A stretch of 64,000 nucleotides of DNA, taken from sequence record SRR2962707_2250. One strand, 5' to 3'. How positions within the stretch are numbered: position 1 is the stretch's first letter; each line of letters opens with the position of its first letter. A program made the position numbers and the translations under genes. The notes beneath the pieces were generated by a model. It worked only from the letters and a program-made list of their open reading frames with translations. It was not told the origin of the DNA and searched no databases. Positions 58,517 through 64,000 of the stretch are shown one piece after another.

Positions 58517-58532
58517 TATCAACTAATTGATA
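58517..58532. promoter_or_regulatory. IHF consensus site on both strands within an AT-rich tract
   Basis: TATCAACTAATTGATA matches WATCAANNNNTTR in both orientations. Confidence 0.55.
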
Positions 58533-58594
58533 TAATTAGATAAAATTTTAGAATGCTTGATTTTTGATACACTTCGCTTGGTGAGAAGGCTAGC

Positions 58595-58682
58595 TTGCCC
58601 CGTAGATTTCTTACTTTTACCCCGTAAATTTCTTATTTTAACCCGCACATTTCTTATTATTGCCCCGTAAATTTCTTATTAT
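58595..58682. repeat. Four 21-22 bp direct repeats (iteron-like)
   Basis: Approximate consensus TTRCCCCGTAAATTTCTTATT; spacings 22/21/22; flanked by AT-rich DNA. Confidence 0.85.
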
Positions 58683-58892
58683 TCTCTCTGTAAGCAATTG
58701 AAAATATGGATTAAATTCCCTCCCGAACATAAAGAACACTTTAGAACATAAGAGAATCTCTATTATTTCTTCGACACTTCGTGCCGAACATAAATTCTTT
58801 TTGTCTGGATTTGACTTCTCAAGTTTTGATCTCAAATAGATTCCTCACGCCACAGCATGCTTGGTTATCCATTCAGAGGAACTAATGAACTT

Positions 58893-59927
58893 CTATATAG
58901 CAAAACCTTTCAAAGTCGCCGCAAGCTCAGCATCTAGCAGCAGAGCATCGTCGAGCCTTTTCTTCCAGGCACGGCCTCTGGAATACGCATCTCTCCAAGC
59001 AAGATTGAGTGCATTGGGCCGGGTTTCCATCAAAACCTTACATAACAGTTTTGCCTGGCGAAGATCCTTCTCAGCCTTCTCAGCAACCGAGCCATGGCGG
59101 CGCGACGAAATAATCATCTTGTGAACTGCGTATCGCTCTGGTCGAGGAACACGCACGAGAAAAGATACCCCATGCAACACACAGATCTGCAAACTGTCGA
59201 CCAACAGAAAGTTCAAGTGATGCAACGATTGAGCATCCAATGAGAAAGCCGGCAAAGACAAAACCCCTTCAGCTTCGGCAAAAGATGGTGTCAAAAACTC
59301 AACCACATGCTCGGAACGCTCGCCTTTCGCCCAACGCCAGCACCTCTTCGGATCAAGCCCGCTCAAAGGTATGTATCCGAGATTGTCCAGCAGGCCAGGC
59401 ACCGATATCCGCTCAAATCTGGCTATCTCCGCTGAGAGCTTTTGAAAGCTTGCGATATCAACATCTCGGGTGAAATCCGCATAACCAGCACCAAACTTCA
59501 CCCCCAAAAGAAGTTCATATGACCGGAAAGCATGCGTACCAACAAGAACCCCTCCCAAACGAAACAAGCCATTTCTCGCCATTGCTTCAAGAAGTCTACC
59601 TGTCTCTTCTTCGGGCTCCAGCAGGCTTTCCTGCATCAAAATATTTAGATACCTGTCTTTGCGAGCTTCGATATCATCCGCACGAACCTGACCCGATTGG
59701 ATCAACTTCAACCGCTCATTCAATTGGGGAGTTTCATTGCCAATGTAGCGCAGATCCCTTGCAACACCATTTTGTAAACCAGTCACGCAATGCACATTGC
59801 GGCCCACAAGATGTCGTTCGATGTTCTCTTTGCAGCATAACAACTCCTCGAGCGCCAACGTTTCTGTCAGTCCCTCAGCCGCAGCACAAACATCATCCGG
59901 AAGCTTGCTTACATGCGAAGCCATCAT
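58893..59927 (-). CDS. GSU2403-family nucleotidyltransferase-fold protein
   Basis: GLFRLGGVLVGTHAF, TRDVDIA, VEFLTPS and PRPERYAVHKMI...KAEKDLRQA motifs. Confidence 0.8.
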   Translation of the reverse strand: MMASHVSKLPDDVCAAAEGLTETLALEELLCCKENIERHLVGRNVHCVTGLQNGVARDLRYIGNETPQLNERLKLIQSGQVRADDIEARKDRYLNILMQESLLEPEEETGRLLEAMARNGLFRLGGVLVGTHAFRSYELLLGVKFGAGYADFTRDVDIASFQKLSAEIARFERISVPGLLDNLGYIPLSGLDPKRCWRWAKGERSEHVVEFLTPSFAEAEGVLSLPAFSLDAQSLHHLNFLLVDSLQICVLHGVSFLVRVPRPERYAVHKMIISSRRHGSVAEKAEKDLRQAKLLCKVLMETRPNALNLAWRDAYSRGRAWKKRLDDALLLDAELAATLKGFAI

Positions 59928-60001
59928 TGAAGTCGTTCTTTCGTCCCTGAGCTAATACCAAGCCATGAGCCTAAGCTGCTAACCTGCGCACACAAGAACT
60001 A

Positions 60002-60043
60002 ATGCCGTTACAACACAAACTATTTTTTGTGTTGTAACGGCAT
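60002..60043. repeat. Perfect 18-bp inverted repeat
   Basis: ATGCCGTTACAACACAAA-CTATTT-TTTGTGTTGTAACGGCAT. Confidence 0.9.
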
Positions 60044-60181
60044 CCATGGGCTTCTCTTTTTTCAAAAGACCAAACCGACATCCGGTTTCCATACAGCAAT
60101 GTATCTTTCTTGGTTTTCCTTTGGCTTAATCGCCTTCCAGCCGCCTGAATCCAGAACACATACTTGATCTTTTAGAGTTTG

Positions 60182-60232
60182 AAATTGCAGGGATTGGACG
60201 CGCTCTTAACGAGCGTCCAATCCCTGCAATTT
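60182..60232. repeat. Perfect 20-bp inverted repeat followed by a T run
   Basis: AAATTGCAGGGATTGGACGC-N11-GCGTCCAATCCCTGCAATTT. Confidence 0.9.
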
Positions 60233-60247
60233 TTTTAAGAGTAAGTT

Positions 60248-62020
60248 TTGTATAGAGAAATTCACAACACTCCGGTTCCGAACACCGTTCCCCAGAATTT
60301 GAAAGAACTCCAGAATTTTATTACCCACTCCTCGCTCCCCCCAAGTAAGCGCAGAAAGCTAGGTAATGACATCCAGTCTGTAGGTCACTGGCTACAACAA
60401 CCTCTTGCTCAGATCTCCACATCACCAAGGAAACTAAGCCTTGCGCTGATAGAGCTTAAACGCAGAAGGATACCAAGAATATCAAGCAAGCGTCGGACAA
60501 ACGTAACAAGCAACTTGCGACAGGCGCTGGAAGTTTCCGGCAATTGCTCACGACTGAACAGCACCTCATTACCGAAAGGGCCTTGGACCAAGCTCTACAC
60601 TGATTTCCTAGACTCACCTGAGAAGTCAATACTCAGACCCTTTGCGAAATACTGTGCAGCGAACGACATCATCCCTTCAACCGTATCCTACGAAGTGTTT
60701 GAAGCTTGGTATCAATGGAAGGAGGAGAACCTGTTAAGGGTCACGTCCAACCACAAAAAATCAATGCTGCGCGCGATCAAATGCTGGAACGTTCTTGTTA
60801 CACAGGCTGGCACATTTGAGTTGTGCCAAGTAGACACGCGCTGTAAGCGCCCACCTGCGGGTCTAATCAATCACCTTTTGCCTGCAAGCTTTCTGATCGA
60901 CTTGGTCAATTTCAAGAATCTTCGAGGCGCGCAGATTACAAGGCCTTCTGAACCAATCAGCCGCTATCACGAAGCCTTTCAACGATCGAATGGCGCCCCG
61001 TTGTCGGCGACCAAGGTCGAGCATTGTGTTTCATCTGTGAAGCTTGCGGCCAAGACCGCCATTGCCTTGGGAATAAAACAAGCGGACGATCTCAGGACGC
61101 TATCTGATGTTCTAACTGTCGAAATAGCGAGCAAGACTGTCGAACAGGCAGAGAACCGAAATGGTCCCAGCGAATACCTTCTCTCCATTGCAAAAGACCT
61201 TAGATGTGTCGCCAAACGTTGGACATCATTGTCTCAGCTGGAGGAAACGCAATGGAAGGAGCTAATCGCAGGCATCAGCAATCACCTCGCTGTCTCGATC
61301 GGTCATCACCGGAACTTTATGACCGAGAAAAATCGAACGAAGCTGCTGAGAGTGCTGGAAGACAAAGCACTGGAGCGACTGATTTCATTCCCTAGGAAAA
61401 CCCTGAATACAAACGAGGAATACCGGCTAAAACAGGGTACCGTCACATACAACATGGCGCTCGACGTTTGTTGTGCGGTTGCTGTGGCGATTTTATTAAC
61501 GCTGCCTCTTCGCCGCGGAAATCTGTGCCGGTTGAAATGGAAGACCAATGTATCGACTGCAGCAGATGATGAAACTGGATTTTTAAGTATCCCAGGGAAC
61601 GAAGTTAAGAACAAACGTCCCCTTACTGCCATCTTGCCAAAGCATGTTTGTCACCTGCTCTGGCTGTATCGAGAACACTACTGGCCAGTTCTACACCCAA
61701 AGGATAGCCACTGCCCATTTCTATTCCCGACCCGAGACGGTCGTCATCGTGCTGCGCAGCCATTGGCAGACATGATTGCCCGCCGCATCAAAGAAGCAAC
61801 CAATCTCGAAATCAACGTTCACTTGTTTCGCCATATCGTCGCGACACTTGCAATTCAAGAAGCGAGCAAAAGCGGAGAAATATCTCACGCCCGCTCAATC
61901 GTTGAAGGATTGCTAGGCTCGTCTCCTGGCAGCAATGTTTCACATCGATACGCAGAACTGACAACGACAATTGCCGCTGACTGGTTTCAACGGAACGTGA
62001 CTGCAAAGTTTCTTGAATAA
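60248..62020 (+). CDS. Large tyrosine recombinase-family protein
   Basis: LPLRRGNL (R), EVKNKRP (K), HLFRH (HxxR), LLGS in place of LLGH, HRY (Y); start uncertain. Confidence 0.8.
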   Translation: MYREIHNTPVPNTVPQNLKELQNFITHSSLPPSKRRKLGNDIQSVGHWLQQPLAQISTSPRKLSLALIELKRRRIPRISSKRRTNVTSNLRQALEVSGNCSRLNSTSLPKGPWTKLYTDFLDSPEKSILRPFAKYCAANDIIPSTVSYEVFEAWYQWKEENLLRVTSNHKKSMLRAIKCWNVLVTQAGTFELCQVDTRCKRPPAGLINHLLPASFLIDLVNFKNLRGAQITRPSEPISRYHEAFQRSNGAPLSATKVEHCVSSVKLAAKTAIALGIKQADDLRTLSDVLTVEIASKTVEQAENRNGPSEYLLSIAKDLRCVAKRWTSLSQLEETQWKELIAGISNHLAVSIGHHRNFMTEKNRTKLLRVLEDKALERLISFPRKTLNTNEEYRLKQGTVTYNMALDVCCAVAVAILLTLPLRRGNLCRLKWKTNVSTAADDETGFLSIPGNEVKNKRPLTAILPKHVCHLLWLYREHYWPVLHPKDSHCPFLFPTRDGRHRAAQPLADMIARRIKEATNLEINVHLFRHIVATLAIQEASKSGEISHARSIVEGLLGSSPGSNVSHRYAELTTTIAADWFQRNVTAKFLE

Positions 62021-62078
62021 ATTAATTTCCGGAATTTTTTGGAGAAGCCATCAATTAATTAAGGCTTTTCCAAAAATT

Positions 62079-62091
62079 CAAGTAGTTGATT
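62079..62091 (-). promoter_or_regulatory. IHF consensus site upstream of xis/int
   Basis: Minus strand AATCAACTACTTG matches WATCAANNNNTTR. Confidence 0.5.
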
Positions 62092-62249
62092 TTATTGTTA
62101 AAATTATAACTTAAGTAGAAAACTCATTATTTCATGAAGCTTCTTTGAACTCTTAAACTCAGATCGTTTGAAATTAATTCAACAAATAATTTCGGGAATC
62201 TGGAAACGAACTCAAATCGTCTTTAGCACAATTTGAAGACGAGAGTTTG

Positions 62250-62474
62250 ATGCGATTACTGAACGCTAAAGAAGTTGCCTACCGTTTGGGCTACTCAACC
62301 TCCTGGTTCCATAAAAACCGTATAACGCTCTATCACAACGGCTTTCCGTTCCCCCGCCCCGGCACCAAACGTTGGGATCCAGTCGCTGTCAGCAACTGGA
62401 TGCACGAAGGCGAAAGCAATCCATCATCCTCCCGCAATGTTTCCGCAAGCCGGCAGGCCTTGAACCAGCTGTAA
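62250..62474 (+). CDS. AlpA/excisionase-like HTH protein
   Basis: RLLNAKEVAYRLGYSTSW...GFPFP...RW...V..W pattern; directly upstream of the integrase. Confidence 0.8.
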   Translation: MRLLNAKEVAYRLGYSTSWFHKNRITLYHNGFPFPRPGTKRWDPVAVSNWMHEGESNPSSSRNVSASRQALNQL

Positions 62475-62499
62475 TCAGCACTTCTTGAAGGAATTACCA

Positions 62500-63633
62500 A
62501 TGAAAAGAAAAACGGCGAAACGCCAAAACCCTCGTTACATGACCTCCAAAACACTCGGCGATGGAAACTTGTCGTATTATTACGAGCCACCAAAAGACGC
62601 GATTTTGGCAAAAATCGCTGAGCGCCATGCATTGGGTCAAGATTGGGAAAGGGCCGCGACACGTGTAATGGAACTGAACCAACGCGTCGATGAATGGCGA
62701 AAGCAAGAAAAGGGAAACCCGTGCCTTCGTGAGACTTTTGGTCAATTCAGCGTCAAAGCACTTTGCGAAGCGTATCTTGAAAGCAATAACTTTCAGCGAC
62801 TGAAGGACAATACGAAAAGAGACTATCGCTCAAAGATTAATGAGATCATCGCGCTCCCAATAGGCAACAGCAAAATGAGTCTTGGGCAAGTTAACTTTCA
62901 CGAAATCAAGGTAAGTGACGCCGACAAGATTTATTCTTCACTCAAGATTGGTAAAAAGGGACAACCTCGAATCACACACGCTAACGGAATCATGCGCGTT
63001 CTCCGACTGGTCTTTAACCTGGCGAAAAGATGGCACGACCTACCACAAAACCCGTTTGAAAATCCTGCCCTTGAAAGCCGAAAACCAAGAAAGATCATCT
63101 GGAGCAATGAGCAACTTGTATTGTTCTGCGAAACGGCTTTGGACATGGGTTTGATTTCAATCTACCTGGCAGCAATGATCGGACGAGAAACAGGGCTACG
63201 TGTTACCGACATCAGAAACTTGAAATGGGGAGACATAGGCGAAGATTTCATCGAGATCTCAGCGAGCAAAACCGATGCTTCGCTATCGATCCCAATTACC
63301 TCCACGCTGAAGAACGCACTTTCAGAGCACCGCTCTGAGGATGATGAATTTGTCTTGCTTACCGATGGAAAGAAGCTTCCCTACACAGAAATGCGATTGT
63401 CGCAGAAGTTCACGACGGTCAGAAGAGAAGCTGGATTACCTGAGCATCTTCAGTTGCGGGATTTCCGCAGTACACTGCTAAATGAACTCGCTGATGCCGG
63501 TGCGACTGAGGACGAAGTGATGGCAGTTTCAGGTCACGCGGATCGAGCAACACTGAAGCACTACGTTAAACCTACAAAACGGCGAGCTAGTGCAGCATAC
63601 ACAAAGCTGCTAAGTCAACGTAACTCCGGTTGA
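62500..63633 (+). CDS. int: Tyrosine integrase
   Basis: TGLRVTDI, SKT, LRDFR, VSGH and KHY catalytic residues; N-terminal arm/core-binding region. Confidence 0.92.
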   Translation: MKRKTAKRQNPRYMTSKTLGDGNLSYYYEPPKDAILAKIAERHALGQDWERAATRVMELNQRVDEWRKQEKGNPCLRETFGQFSVKALCEAYLESNNFQRLKDNTKRDYRSKINEIIALPIGNSKMSLGQVNFHEIKVSDADKIYSSLKIGKKGQPRITHANGIMRVLRLVFNLAKRWHDLPQNPFENPALESRKPRKIIWSNEQLVLFCETALDMGLISIYLAAMIGRETGLRVTDIRNLKWGDIGEDFIEISASKTDASLSIPITSTLKNALSEHRSEDDEFVLLTDGKKLPYTEMRLSQKFTTVRREAGLPEHLQLRDFRSTLLNELADAGATEDEVMAVSGHADRATLKHYVKPTKRRASAAYTKLLSQRNSG

Positions 63634-63662
63634 AAACCATCACTGACATTTGAAGCAATACC

Positions 63663-64000
63663 ATGAACGTCAGCAAAAAAGTGAACGTGTACGAGTCCAA
63701 GGGGCACCTTCAAATCGGTGAGCTAACAATCACAGATGAAGGCCATCGAAGGTACTCTGTATTCGATTACGCAGATGAATGGGTTGCCTATGAAAATGCA
63801 TTTCCCATCTGCCCGGAGATGGAACTGCGTGGCGGACCCTTTTTCCGCTCGAGCAACCTTCCCCGCGACTCAATCCACCAAGTATTTCAGGATGCCACCC
63901 CAGACAGCTGGGGCAGAAAGCTTCATGAGAGAGCATTCTCATGCAAGTTCTCGGAGCACGACTTCCTTCTTAATGCACCATCTGAAACTTGCATCGGATC
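63663..64000 (+). CDS. HipA-family protein, N-terminal part (cut by the window end)
   Basis: Open frame from ATG 63663: IGEL...SVFDYADEW...AFPICPEM...FQDATPDSWGRKL, a HipA N-terminal domain pattern. Confidence 0.75.
   Translation, partial: MNVSKKVNVYESKGHLQIGELTITDEGHRRYSVFDYADEWVAYENAFPICPEMELRGGPFFRSSNLPRDSIHQVFQDATPDSWGRKLHERAFSCKFSEHDFLLNAPSETCIG

Larger units (their letters stand above)
40211..64000. mobile_element. Integrative genomic island (defence/TA cargo, rep, integrases); continues past the window
   Basis: tRNA-derived att site, abrupt change in gene content, two tyrosine recombinases, excisionase, rep and iterons. Confidence 0.8.

Noticed and set aside
58595-58682. CRISPR array (also considered for 41840-41959)
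   Set aside because: The repeats are contiguous with no unique spacers, and no cas genes are present in the window.
60182-62020. Protelomerase with a hairpin telomere site
   Set aside because: The IR has an 11-nt asymmetric centre rather than a continuous palindrome, and I recognise only generic tyrosine recombinase motifs.

Overview
The window has two parts, and gene content and composition suggest an alphaproteobacterium (inference). Part 1 (about 600-40160) is a block of catabolic genes. It holds a gallate/4-oxalomesaconate (gal/lig-type) lower pathway with two TRAP transporters and a type I extradiol dioxygenase, but no GalA/LigAB. It also holds an uncharacterised ThDP-enzyme/ALDH/SDR/FAD-dehydrogenase module with a Liv-type ABC transporter, and a tcuAB-MmgE/PrpD-ThDP-TTT tricarboxylate module. 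Part 2 starts at a tRNA-Leu(CAA) 3' fragment (40211-40264, probable att site) and runs off the right end as an integrative genomic island. The island carries two Fic genes, three HipA loci, an orphan Xre/MbcA-type antitoxin, and a candidate structured small RNA. It also carries a vsr/C5-methyltransferase pair with three ACCTGGT copies at exact 10-bp spacing in their shared promoter, and a MORC-Z1-DUF4420-AIPR (Mza-like) defence operon. Toward the right end are a RepA_C-like initiator with an iteron/IHF/AT-rich origin candidate, a GSU2403-type nucleotidyltransferase, two long perfect palindromes, two tyrosine recombinases and an excisionase. All family assignments come from motif recognition by eye, not from database searches.
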